From positions 104,408,001 through 104,472,000 of the forward strand of contig NC_090330.1 in the NCBI RefSeq assembly GCF_035084215.1: a stretch of DNA of 64,000 bases, written 5' to 3'. Under the pieces are notes generated by a model. It saw only the letters and a list, made by a program, of their open reading frames with translations. It had not been told where the DNA came from and ran no database searches. How positions within the stretch are numbered: position 1 is the stretch's first letter; the number at the start of each line of letters is the position of its first letter. Position numbers and translations under genes: made by a program. This document shows, in pieces, positions 51,879 through 63,880 of this stretch. This DNA is from Heptranchias perlo (lineage: Eukaryota).

Positions 51879-52759
51879 ACTAGTGTAGTGTTGCCCACAG
51901 GAGCTCAGCATTCCTAAAGCTGAAGGCACACAAAGCAGGCAAACTCCGTAAACCCCCAGTTAAACAAGGAGAGTTGTTGACAGGGATCGCAAGTTTGTGT
52001 TGGAGCACCGCTCCCCTGTAAAAGTGTCTCGAGGTCCTCGATTGCCCATGAATATTTTTGCTTATAGTTTGTTCTGCACAGAGCAAACTCCAAAACTCAG
52101 GCAAGTCCGATTCCTCTTAGCAGATGTGAGCAATCCAATAAAAGGTGTTCTTATTTAAATGTAGGTGAGCTGTAAGTAATAATTATGAATGATTGATGAG
52201 AATAACAACTAGCTGCAAAGCAGACTGCATTTATTTATTATTTAGCAAAGTGGCACCGCAATTGTAATGTTTCCATGCTTTATGCGATTAGTTTTTGACA
52301 GCACACAAGAGAAGTACAGAGGAAGATGTTTAAAGCTACACAGGGAGATGCAGGAACATTTTGGTAAAGACCAATTAGGAGCTCGGAGGCCAGTCACTTT
52401 CAATGAATTACTGATAGATTTGTGGAGCACATCATATTAATGTAGACCATATGGCATTTTGAGTGGTCTCTGCATTTACTTTTTGCAAGTCTTCTTTTTT
52501 GAAACTTAATGAAACTCCAGGTATTCACTAAATTATAATTTACCACCAGTATTTCAAAACCTGGAGTAGCATTCATACCATGGAGAGCTCAACCAAGGTG
52601 CTATAAATAGTGGCATATTCTTTATATTACACACTATGTTGTCATTGCATTCGGTAATAGAGATAACATACTTCTGCTGGGGATTTGTGGCATTAATACG
52701 GTCGTAAATCTCTGGCAAGAATCACTCGCTGCTTAAAAGTATATCTGAGAATATAACTT

Positions 52760-53110
52760 ATGCCTCATCCCTCCCTATCTCTGTAATCTCCTCCAGCCCT
52801 ACACCCCTCTGAGATATCTGCACTCCTCCATTTCTGGCCTCTTGCACATCCCCGATTTTCATCGCTCCACCATTGGCAGCTGCCCAGGCCCTAAGCTCTG
52901 GAATTCCCTCCCTAAACCTCTCTACCTCTCTCTCTCCTCCTTTAAGACGCTCCTCAAAACCTACCTCTTTGACCAAGCTTTTGGTCACCTGTCCTAATAT
53001 CTCCTTATATGGCTCAGTGTCAAATTTGTCTGATAACGCTCCTGTGAAGTGCCTTGGGATATTTTACTACGTTAAAGGCAGTATATAAATTCAAGGTTTT
53101 GTGGTTATTG
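52760..53110 (+). mobile_element. L2 LINE 3' end
   Basis: Matches 46930-47290. Confidence 0.9.
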
Positions 53111-53317
53111 TATAGGAACTCACTTATAAATAATGTGTACTAGTTACTGCTGGTTCGATTATTTCAAATTGTCTTGGTAGCTTTTTAAAAAAAAAAAATT
53201 CCCTTTCCCACTGCCCCCCCCCCTCCTCCCCCAAAGTACTAATTCGCTATTGCCCTGCACGTTGGCAAATTTCTGCTATCTGCCGAAGTATTTATTCTTT
53301 CTGTATGAGCCTACAAT

Positions 53318-53790
53318 TTTTATTTATTCATTCATTCATGGGATGTGGGCGTCACTGGTGAGGCCGGCATTTATTGCCCATCCCGAGTTGCCCTTGAGAA
53401 GGTGGTGGTGAGCCGCCTTCTTGAACCGCTGCAGTCCGTGTGGTGAAGGTTCTCCCACAGTGCTGTTAGGAAGGGAGTTCCAGGATTTTGACCCAGCGAC
53501 GATGAAGGAACGGCCGATATATTTCCAAGTCGGGATGGTGTGTGTGACTTGGAGGGGGACTTAGAGGTGATGGTGTCCCCATGGACCTGCTGCCCTTGTA
53601 CTTTTAGGTGGTGGAGGTCGCGGGTTTGAGAGGTGATTCGATGAAGCCCTGGCAATTTGCTCCAGTGCATCCTGTAGACAGAACATACTGCGGCCACGGT
53701 GGAGAAAGTGGATGTTTAAGCTGATGGAAAGGCTTTGAATCAAGTGGATTGTTTTGTTCTGAATGGTGTGGAGCTTCTTGAGTGTTGTTG
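53318..53790 (-). mobile_element. LINE 3' end (same family as 26500-27045)
   Basis: Collinear with 26500-26980. Confidence 0.85.
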
Positions 53791-53793
53791 CAA

Positions 53794-53875
53794 GTGAATA
53801 GCAATGAAGTACTGAATGGCAGTGAAACAGTGAACGGCAATGAAATTGTGAATGGCAATGAAATAGTGAATGGCA
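53794..53875. repeat. Short 18-bp tandem repeat (about 4.5 units)
   Basis: GTGAATGGCAATGAAATA variants. Confidence 0.8.
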
Positions 53876-54195
53876 GCAGGCTATTTACCCACGGAAGCCA
53901 ATATGACCAAGCTCAAATGTCTTCTCACCGGAGGTCCAGTCGGGATCACTGAATAGTAATCCGGAATGGGAACCCTGGCTGATTTTCCTCTCTTTAGATC
54001 CAGTCGTTCTGAAGCCAATATTATCACCTCAAATGCTCCCCCAGCTGTAGCCAACTAATGCAGCACAGACTAAGAATTCAGCTTGAGTCCCTTTGATAAC
54101 TGCTAAAGGTGTTGCTTTACCTAGTAGCATTGGAGCAATAATTGTTTTTGTTTTACCACAAATATGAAACAATTGTTTAATTTTTGCTATTTGCT

Positions 54196-54665
54196 GTCAG
54201 CCGTGGCGTAGTGAAAAACACTCTCGCCTCTGAGTCAGAAGGTCGTGGGTTCAAGTCCCCACTCCAGAGACTTGAGCTCATAATCTAGGTTGACACTTCA
54301 GTGCACTACTGAGGGAGTGCTGCAGTGTCGGAGGTGCCGTCCTTTGGATGAGACGTTAAACCGAGGCCCCGTCTTCCCTCTCAGGTGCAACGTAAAAGAT
54401 CCCATGGCACTATTTTGAAAAAGAGCAAGGGAGTTCTCTCCGGTGTCCTGGCCAATATTTATCCCTCAGACCAACAACTAAAAAAACAGATTATCTGGTC
54501 ATTATCATATTGCTGTCTGTGGGACCTTGCTGTGTGCAAATTGACTGATACGTTTCCTACATTACAACAGTGACTACACTTCAAAAGTACTTCATTGGCT
54601 GTAAAGCGCTTTGGAACGTCCTGAGGTAGTGAAAGACACTATCTAAATGCAAGTCTTTCTTTCTT
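54196..54665 (+). mobile_element. Full-length tRNA-derived SINE, SacSINE1/DeuSINE-like
   Basis: A/B boxes (TGGCGTAGTG...GGTTCAAGTCC), central GGAGGTGCCGTC..GGATGAGACGTTAAACCGAGG block, L2-like tail ending (CTTT)n; family name from recall. Confidence 0.85.
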
Positions 54666-54837
54666 CCTTTAACTACAAAAGTATTAAAATATATCACTTG
54701 AAGGATCTAAGCACTTAGGAGCCAAACTTACTCAGCCTTTCTGGCATAAGACAGTTACATTTATGGTAGGTGGGGGATAGCACTGGCAGATCTGATTATA
54801 CTTGGTCTGTACCTCTTTTACCATCCATCAAAATTTC

Positions 54838-55430
54838 ACAGAATCATAGAATCGTTATAGCACAGAAGGCAGCCATTCGGACCATAGAATCCGTGCCGGC
54901 TCTTTGTAAGAGCAATCCAGTTGGTCCCATTCTCCCGCTCTTTCAATGCAAATTTTTTCCCTTCAAGTATTTATCCAATTTCTTTTTGAAAGCCACGATT
55001 GAATCTGCTTCCACCACCCTTTCAGGCAGCGGTTTCCAGATCATAACTACTCGCTGCGTAAAAAAGATTTTCCTCACGTTGCCTTTGATTCTTTTGCCAA
55101 TCACCTTAAATCTATGCCCTCTGATTCTCGACCCTTCCGCCAATGGGAACAGTTTCTCTTTAGTTACTTTATCTAAACCCTTCATGATTTTGAACACTTG
55201 TATCAAATCTCCTCTCAACCTTCTCTGCTCTAAGAAGAACAACTCCAGCTTCTCCAGTCTATCCACGTAACTGAAGTCCCTCATCCCAGGAACCATTCTA
55301 GTAAATCTTTTTTGCACCCTCTCTAAGGCCTTCACATCCTTCCTAAAGTGCAGTGCCCAGAATTGGACACAATACTCCAGTTGTGGCCGAACCAATGTTT
55401 TATAAAGGTTCAACATAATTTCTGGCCTTT
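54838..55430 (-). mobile_element. CR1 LINE 3' end
   Basis: ORF 54943..55416 LVRPQLEYCVQFW...FFTQRVV. Confidence 0.95.
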
Positions 55431-55469
55431 ATGTGAGGTATGGATTCAAATAAGGGAATAATGTCATAC

Positions 55470-56073
55470 ACCCAGGTGTAAAATGGGTGCAAAGAGGTCC
55501 AATTTAGGGGGTCAAAATCCCGTGCCCGAACAGCATCGGAAACACGTCCAAATCTATATGGTTGTGGCGCTGTAGAGGCATCCCTGGCGGCTGCCTAAAA
55601 CAGACGCTAGGCTATACCAATATGGGGCTGAATGTCTGTTTTAGAACCTAAATCGGAAATTGGCTTACCCTGAATGCTGCAGGCGTCGGGCCTGTGCTGC
55701 TCAAGATTACCAGGTCTACATGCGGCCTAACTAGCAGCCCTTAGAGGGACTGCTGGAGGCCGCCCCCAAAAAGGGTAAGTTTACGTGCATGTGGAGTCAG
55801 GAGGAGAGGAGTCCACCCCTCCCACCCCCCCCCCCCCCTCCGCCGACAACAGATTCACCTGGGGGTCTTTGGCCTGCGTCCCAGCCGGCCGATTTTGCTT
55901 CCTCCCCCCGACTGGTGGCTGCTTCGAGGGCTGCGACATGTGACCACAGATCTCCAGTATACCCGACTGAGGCTGGCAGACCAATTTGCCACGGTCCTGC
56001 CCCCTGGCCTCATTAAGTGCGTGGGTTGCACTGAGATCGCGCCCCGATTGAGGCACAATCCAATTTCTATGCC
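55470..56073. mobile_element. Harbinger-type MITE (left end not seen)
   Basis: Right end AATTTCTATGCC; first 300 bp collinear with 1125-1395. Confidence 0.6.
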
Positions 56074-58261
56074 AAGGAGTCCAGAGCTGGCAACTTCATG
56101 GAGTCCAGATTTCACTGGCTGTCAGAATAGGCTATCACCAAGCAGTAAGCCAAATTAAATGCATGCGTAGGTTTGCAGGTTATAAAATCTTCCACAAAGT
56201 TGTAACCTGTACTTAGGAGTTTACAGTAGGTAATGCAGTCTACTTGCCGAGTATTAAGATATCTATTCGAGACCGTTACTCAGTTAAGAGCATTAAAATG
56301 AGCAAAGTTTTTTTTTCTGGACAGTTTTTTGATGTTTTCTTTTACTTTTTTCAGATTTCTCCTTGACACACAATGGTCCCCAACCCAAGAAGGCAGATCA
56401 ACAATCAGTTCTCGGGCACCTGCAAATGTCAGCCGCAGGATACACGAGAGCAGCGTGGAATGACTAGCTCTCTGACTTTCCCCCCTTCCTTGTGGGTACC
56501 ATCTGGCTTCCACTGAGCCCCCGCCCTTGACTGCACAGCAGAAATCGGACATACACCATGAGTGACGTCTAAGGCAACCAACCTGTGCCCAACTATTCCA
56601 TGCAATGAAACTTTTCAATAATTAAAGTAATTTTGCCAGTCTGTTAGAAAATTGTTGCTATTTGTACTGCGTGCGACTGTCAATATTAATGCAATTGCAA
56701 ATCAAAATGTTGCACCAAAAAACAAATATCTTCCACAGCTTTCTGCCAATTTGAGTAGCAATTAGCAAATGACCTTGCAATCAGAATCTGCTCAAGTATA
56801 AACATCCAACAGCACTTTAACTACTTTTTCTGGGTTTAAAACCTTACATCCTCCATCCTAAAAAATAACAGTCCCTGGAGATGAGGTGGGGGGGCTCGCA
56901 GTCAATGCAGCTATTAGCTCCCTTGCTTATTTCCCTGCCTCCTTTTTCCCTGACTTTCCTCCCTTTACTTTCTCATCACGTTTTCCTTCTGTATCTTGCT
57001 CTTTCACACAGTTTCTCTCTGACCGAGCGTAGTCAGTGCCCAGTGTGACTCGAAGTTGAAAGGCACATGCAAGTACGTCCCTTTAAATTAAACCCACTGC
57101 ATTCTGAAGCACCTCTGTGTTCAAAGTATATCGATTTTATCTGGAAGAAAAAAAGGTAACCAGTCTGCATTTATATTACACATTTTGTCCTTTGGCTAAA
57201 TGAAGTTAAGTGAATCATGTCCATAATTGCATAATAATTGTTTGATGCACTCAGTAAATCCATCACGCTCACATTTTCACCTGCAAACCTTTCGGTCTTT
57301 TGTCTTTCCTATTTTGCTTCCCAGAACAGCGATTACATAATAGAGTTTTATCTGATCTCGCCTAAATTAAATCAATAGCAAGCTCCGTGATTTCCTCCAG
57401 CAAAAATTGATTGACACTGATGGACAGCTGCAGTGAGAGAAACGAAAACAAGCGCCCTGGCAGTTTGTACGTGGAAAGTGATGCTTGATTTTGCATCCTT
57501 CTTTCCATCGTATTGCCGATGACATTTTGCCCATATCTGTGTGGGAGAGAGGCAGACCTGTATCAACGGGGCGAGCAAGGAAGCAGGAATTGTCTGTGTT
57601 TGAAGCGTCCCTATGGGGGATGCAGTGTGTATAAAGGATAGGTCAGAGCAAACGAGCGAGGGTGTCTGTGACCTTACTGCATGGTCCCATCAGTGAATCT
57701 CTTATTGTCTAAATTGATGCTACAGCAGGGGATGACATACAACCTGATGACATTGTCAGATATGAAAAGGCAATGTCTGCTATTGTGTGTAGGTTATTAA
57801 TTTTGTTCAATATATTTAATTGATTTTTTTCAGTGAGCTAAAAAAAAACGTTAGCACACTGCAGTAAAGATAGAAATGATATTCAATCTGTTATGATAAC
57901 ACTTAAGGGAATAGTGGTTGCATTACAGATGTATTATATCACTCCCAATTACATTTAAGATACATTTTTTACACACTGGTGAAAAATACTCCGAGAGACC
58001 TATCGATTTTTTTATATATAGAAAAGTGAAAGATGAGAAGAGGCCATTCGGCCGATTAAAGATCAGAGAGGGTAGAATCTAGGCAGGGGTTCTCCCTTAT
58101 CTTTGCCGTAACTTGGGCAATCCTGGCTGTTTACATCGTTTATCCAGTGTTTTGCCAGGACAGGAGAGAGAGAGCGCTCTGTGGAAATTCACCCTCTCTA
58201 TTTCTGTAGGACCCTAACTCTCCCGTTATTGTACCCCGGTGCAATTTGGACATCTTAGAGG

Positions 58262-59400
58262 GGGAGGGGAAATTCATCTGGTGTTGGAAACAGGTGCAAA
58301 ATAGGCAGCAATTGGATCATGCCACCGAGGACGTCGGTGTGCCTGAATTCGGTGCGTGCGCCTCATTCGATTAAGATTAAGCTTAGCTGGCAGTGCCGCT
58401 CATGCTGTTTATTGGCAGCTCATCGATTGGGGGGGGGGGCAGGAAATTGGGAGTCGGTGACGCCATTTAAAAGCAGCACACACCTCTTAAAGGGGAGGTG
58501 CATTTTGCCTTTATTTGACTGAATCAGTGCAAAAGGCAGGTAGAGCAAGTGCAACATGGCACCTCCCCCACCTCCCCCGCACCCTTCCCCATACCCCTAG
58601 GATTTAAAGGCATGCAGTAGATTGAAGGGGACAGTGCAGAAGAAATTTTTGAAGATAATAATTGAGCCATTTGAGTCAGCTGGAGGGCAAAGAGCCTCCA
58701 GGTTCTCTAATGATGCAGTGCTTCTCTCAGAAGTTAGGCAGGAATGACACAAGCCCCAAATTTAGCGGTGGAATGAAGTGGCCAGGGCAGTGAGTGCCAA
58801 AGCTCCAACACCACCCATGGCAATTCAGCGCTGGGAAAAGTGCCATCTATGGCTCCATGGATCTTGGGGAATTCGGCTACTCTATGAAAATGTGGCACTT
58901 TATCATGTTGACACTGGCTTTCCATGAGAAAGCTGATGAAATTGCGAACTCTGGAGAACAATGCATCCAAGTCTTGCTTGATGCATCTGTGCACAGCAGT
59001 TTGGCCTATATTAGAGATGTGGCCTTTGGCAGTGTGGAGTGATTCCCTCTTCATGTAAGTTAAGGGCAGAGATAACCTTAACTGCCACTGGACGTGTGGT
59101 GGAATTGGGCCACAGAGATTCCTGATTCACCGGGCATAACAGCTTCTTTGTAAAGCAAAGTATCTGTAGACACTGCTCCTTGGTCAAGTGCAGGTAGGGA
59201 TGCCTCTGCCTATACCCTCTGAAGTTGGGGTACCAGCAGGTGAGTATCATGGACCTGCATGATTACAGTCTCACCAGCTCGGCATCCTTCTCTGCTTCTC
59301 CTTTTCTGCTTCCAGAAGGGATGGTACACGGCAACAAAGCAAATAGTAAAGTAACAGTAAAGGAACAAGAAAAAATTCCAAAACTTCTGCAAGTATTTTA
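58262..59400. mobile_element. Harbinger deletion derivative with Myb (+) and transposase (-) remnants
   Basis: + strand 58688-58810: QRASRFSNDAVLLSEV...WNEVARAVSAKS; - strand: YRQRHPYLHLTKEQCL and FPKIHGAIDGT. Confidence 0.75.
58835..59250 (-). pseudogene. HARBI1-like Harbinger DDE transposase N-terminal remnant
   Basis: ORFs 59011..59250 and 58734..59054: VAVKVISALN, ISNIGQTAVHRCIKQ..DALF, FHRVAEFPKIHGAIDGT (first catalytic Asp motif GAIDxT). Confidence 0.85.
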
Positions 59401-59504
59401 AATTTCTGTGCTTGGCTCCTTAGATTTTCTTCTTCCCTTTGCCCAGAAACCCTAGAAACCATTTCATAAGGGTGTGATCACTGCTAAGTGCAAATAAGGT
59501 AGAG

Positions 59505-60085
59505 ACAACAGCAACTTGTATTTATATATCACCTTTAATATTGAAAAACGTCCCAAGGCACTTCACAGAAGTGTAATCAAATAAAAATGGATGTGGAGAC
59601 AAAGAAGGCAATATTAGGAAGGGTGACAAAAAGCTTGGTTGAAGAGATGTGTTTAAGAAGAGTTTTAAAGAAGGAGAGGAAGATAAAGAGGCGGAGGGGT
59701 TTGGGAATGAAATTCCGGAGAATAGGCACTATACAGCTAAACGCACGGCCGACAAGGGTGGGGCAAAGTTGGGGGAGGATGCACAAGAAGTCAGAGGAAG
59801 GCAGATTTCTTGGGTTGGGGGGCGGGAGGACTGGAGGAGGTTAAGAGATAGGGAGGGATGAGACCATGAAGCAACTTAAACATGAGGCTGAGAGTTATAA
59901 ATTGGAGGTGCTGGTGGACTGGGAGCCAATGTAGGTCAGTGAGGACAGGAGTAATGAGTAATCAGTACTTGGTGAGGTTATGGCCAGCAGAGTTTCCGAT
60001 GGGATGAAAATTAAGGAGGATGGAGGATGGGAGGCCAGCCAGGAGAGCATTGGAACAGTCAAGCCTGAAGATAACAGAAACTGGG
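59505..60085 (-). mobile_element. L2 LINE 3' end (older)
   Basis: RLDCSNALLAGLP and GRAFS motifs plus L2 tail. Confidence 0.85.
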
Positions 60086-60384
60086 ATGCTTGACATTACT
60101 GCCTCATTTGAATAAGCAGGTGCTTCCACTGTTAGCCAGAAATGATGCAGGAAAATTGAGCAAGCACACATGGATTCCAATACTGCCATTGCTCCATTGT
60201 TTTGGTTATACTTGTCTTCATTTTATTTTGATTGCTTTGCCACATTGCCCAAATGCTGAAAGTGACAAGTTCACCAATGCTCTGTGCTTTCTTTCTAAAT
60301 CCCCCTGTTCAATTTCAATCCCATTCATTGATCAATGGGCAACACTTTACATTTATCAGTGTTAAACTTCCTATTCAATAGGTC

Positions 60385-60686
60385 AGGGTTCGGGGATCTC
60401 GGGGGCGAGGGAGGTGGGGGGGCGCGGTAGCGACTGCGACCGGGAGGGTGGTTCGACATGGGGTCGGGGGGAGCACTCCTGCTCTGCCTGGCTCCACATT
60501 CAGAGGTAAGTAACTTTCCTTTTTTGTTGCAGGCGTTCTGTGGGGTTCATTTCCCCGAGTGCTGCCTCAGGACAAACTAATCTTACAGCGGTGACTTAAA
60601 ACTGGCATTAGATCTCTTATTTGCACTGCTTGTTTGTCCTTACCCAATATGGAAAACGGCTCAATATGCGGCATAATTTCTAGGCC
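60385..60686. mobile_element. MITE right portion
   Basis: Ends AATTTCTAGGCC; carries the shared GCACTCCTGCTC motif; shares TTGTTTGTCCTTACCCAATATGG with 63672. Confidence 0.55.
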
Positions 60687-60971
60687 TATATTTTTGGTCT
60701 TGATTGAGACTTAGATATTAGTGCACTAGAGAAAAAAAATAAAGTTACACTTTTGAAATTATTTTATTATTCAGCAAGGTTCCCGAGGATCTGCAAGTGC
60801 AGCTGCTGAAATATTGAACTAAAAATAACACTTACAAATACGTCAGTTATAAATTGAATTGAATGCTTGTCTTGCTATTTCTTGACGTTCTTTCTACCAC
60901 TTTGGCAATTTTTTTTTTTGACGGTTATCAGCAATATTTCAAATTTTTGAGAATCCTGCCTAAACGGGACA

Positions 60972-61087
60972 TAATACATTGAATTTACAGCAAAGAAACA
61001 GGCCACTCGGCCCAACTGGTCTATGCCGGTGTTTATGCTCCACACAAGCCTCCTCCCAGCCAACTTCATCTCACCCTATCAACATAT
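60972..61087 (-). mobile_element. CR1 3' UTR fragment
   Basis: Matches 36657-36775. Confidence 0.8.
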
Positions 61088-61104
61088 CAATTACTGGAGA
61101 TACA

Positions 61105-62895
61105 CTCTCTCCTGTATTATTACTGTAGGTACCTTCTCCCCTGTATTATTACTGTAGGTACCTTCTCCCCTGTATTATTACTGTAGGTACCCTCTCCCCT
61201 GTATTATTACTGTAGGTACCCTCTCCCCTGTATTATTACTGTCGGTACCTTCTCCCCTGTATTATTACTGTAGGTACCTTCTCCCCTGTATTATTACTGT
61301 AGGTACCTTCTCCCCTGTATTATTACTGTAGGTACCCTCTCCCCTGTATTATTACTGTAGGTACCCTCTCCCCTGTATTATTACTGTCGGTACCTTCTCC
61401 CCTGTATTATTACTGTAGGTACCCTCTCCCCTGTATTATTACTGTCGGTACCTTCTCCCCTGTATTATTACTGTAGGTACCTTCTCCCCTGTATTATTAC
61501 TGTAGGTACCCTCTCCCCTGTATTATTACTGTAGGTACCCTCTCCCCTGTATTATTACTGTAGGTACCCTCTCCCCTGTATTATTACTGTAGGTACCCTC
61601 TCCCCTGCATTATTAATGGAGGTACCCTCTCCCCTGTATTATTACTGTAGGTACCCTCTCCCCTGTATTATTACTGTAGGTACCCTCTCCCCTGCATTAT
61701 TACTGTAGGTACCCTCTCCCCTGCATTATTACTGTAGGCACCCTCTCCCCTATATTATTACTGTAGGTACCCTCTCCCCTGCATTATTACTGTAGGTACC
61801 CTCTCCCCTGTATTATTACTGTAGGTACCCTCTCCCCTGCATTATTACTGTAGGTAACCTCTCCCCACATTATTAATGTAGGTACCTTCTCCCCTGTATT
61901 ATTACTGTAGGTACCTTCTCCCCTGCATTATTTTTGTAAGTACGCTCCCCTGTATTATTACTATAGGTACCCTCTCCCCTGCATTATTACTGTAGGTACC
62001 CTCTCCCCTGTATTATTACTGTAGGTACCCTCTCCCCTGCATTATTACTGTAGGTACCCTCTCTCCTGTATTATTACTGTAGGTACCCTCTCTCCTGTAT
62101 TATTACTGTAGGTACCCTCTCCCCTGCATTATTACTTTGGACACACCCTCACCTCCCCTATATTATTATTGAATGTACCCTCTCCCCTGTATTACTATAT
62201 AGACACCACCTCACCTCCCCTGTATTATAACTGAATGTACCCTCTCCCCTGTATTATTATATAGACACCACCTCACCTCCCCTGTATTATAACTGAATGT
62301 ACCCTCTCCCCTGTATTACTGCAGACACCCCCTCACATTCCCTGCATTATTACTGTTGATACTCCCTCACATCCCTTGTATTATTACTGTAGACATCCCC
62401 TCACCTCCCCTGTATTATTACTGTAGATATCCCCTCACCGCCTCTATATTACTACCGTAAATACCCCCTCACCTCCCCTATATTATTACTATAGATACCC
62501 CCTCACCACCCCCCGTATTATTACTGTAGATACCCCCTCACCTCCCCTATATTATTACTGTAGATACCCCCTCACCCCCCCCGTATTATTATTGTAGATA
62601 TCCCCTCACATCTCCTGTATTATTACTGTAGCTACCCCCTCACCTCACCTGCATTATTACTGTAGATATTCCTTCGTCTCCCCTGTCTAATTACCATATA
62701 TATCCCCTTATAACTGTGGATACCCTCTCACCTCCCCTCTATTATTACTGTAGATACTGTCTCACCTCCCCCTCTATTATTACTGTAGATACTCCCTTGG
62801 ATCCCCTGTATTATTACTGTCGTTACCCCCTCACCTCCCCTGTATTATATTGCAGATACCCTCTCACCTCCCCTCTTTTATTACTGTAGATACTC
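61105..62895. repeat. Minisatellite: about 35 x 29-bp units grading into about 34-bp units
   Basis: CTCTCCCCTGTATTATTACTGTAGGTACC to about 62140, then TGTATTATTACTGTAGATACCCCCTCACCTCCCC variants. Confidence 0.97.
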
Positions 62896-63175
62896 TTTTT
62901 TGTGTGTTTTTGTAATAGCGCTATGCTGTGCTGGTGCTTGCTATCTATAAGAATTGATTTCCTTTATGTACTATGAGTAAGCAAATCAGAAGTACATTCT
63001 TTATCAATAGATATGCAATTTTGTTACAAATAGTGCAGAAAGGAACTCTCCCTTCCCCATATTCTGCACTAATGCATCAGCACTATTGTGCTATTTACAC
63101 ATATATGTAAATGACCACTGATGGTAATAACATATGTGGCCAAGTTGACACTTATTGTGGTATTATTAATACCAC

Positions 63176-63786
63176 GGCCTAGAAATTGGGCTGCGACCAT
63201 TTTTGGGTGCGTGGGGGACATAGTTTGTGCCCCCGGCCCACGCTTGAATGGTGAACCCTGATGTTGTCCTGATAATGGGCCTCGTGCCTCATTTAAATGT
63301 TGCTGCTGAAGTGTGAAAAGCCTGGCAGTGAACAAGAGCATCGCAGCAGCCCTCAAGTAAGTGCTGTTGGGGGTCGAGGCCTGGGTCGGGGATCAGGGAT
63401 TGGGTAGGGGCCTGAGTTGTGTTCAGGGAATGGCGCCTGGATTAGGGATCGCAGGGTTCAATGTCAGGAGCAGAGGGGAGATTGGTGTCGGAGATCGTGG
63501 GGGCCGGGTTGGGAGCAGAGGGGAGATGGGGCCAGGGATCATGAGGGTTGGGTCTGGAGCAGAGGGGTGATCAGTGTTGGGGATCACAGGGGTTGGGTTG
63601 GGAGCAGAAAAGGACCTCAACAGGCGTTAGGCCCCTTATTTGTATATGCAAAGGTAGGTAAAGGACGTCTCTTGTTTGTCCTTACCCAATATGGCGGGCA
63701 GCGCATTTCAAGCCGGAAATGTGCGCACACTTCCTGCCCGCCTTAGTAGTCCAAGCAGCGTCGCAAAATGGGCAAATTTCTCGGAC
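63176..63786. mobile_element. Harbinger-type MITE
   Basis: TIR GGCCTAGAAATT / AATTTCTCGGAC, TSD CAC/CAC. Confidence 0.75.
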
Positions 63787-63880
63787 CACAATCTCAAAGT
63801 ATTATCTGGAGAAGAGCAATATAAAATATTCACACACAATGAGCAAGAAGCACAGGCATCAAGATGATTGAGGGTATAAT

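Noticed and set aside
54200-54265. tRNA gene
   Set aside because: A/B boxes belong to a SINE head that continues into the SINE body; no proper cloverleaf
61105-62140. Regular 29-bp repeats resembling a CRISPR array
   Set aside because: Head-to-tail units with no unique spacers, no cas genes, eukaryotic context
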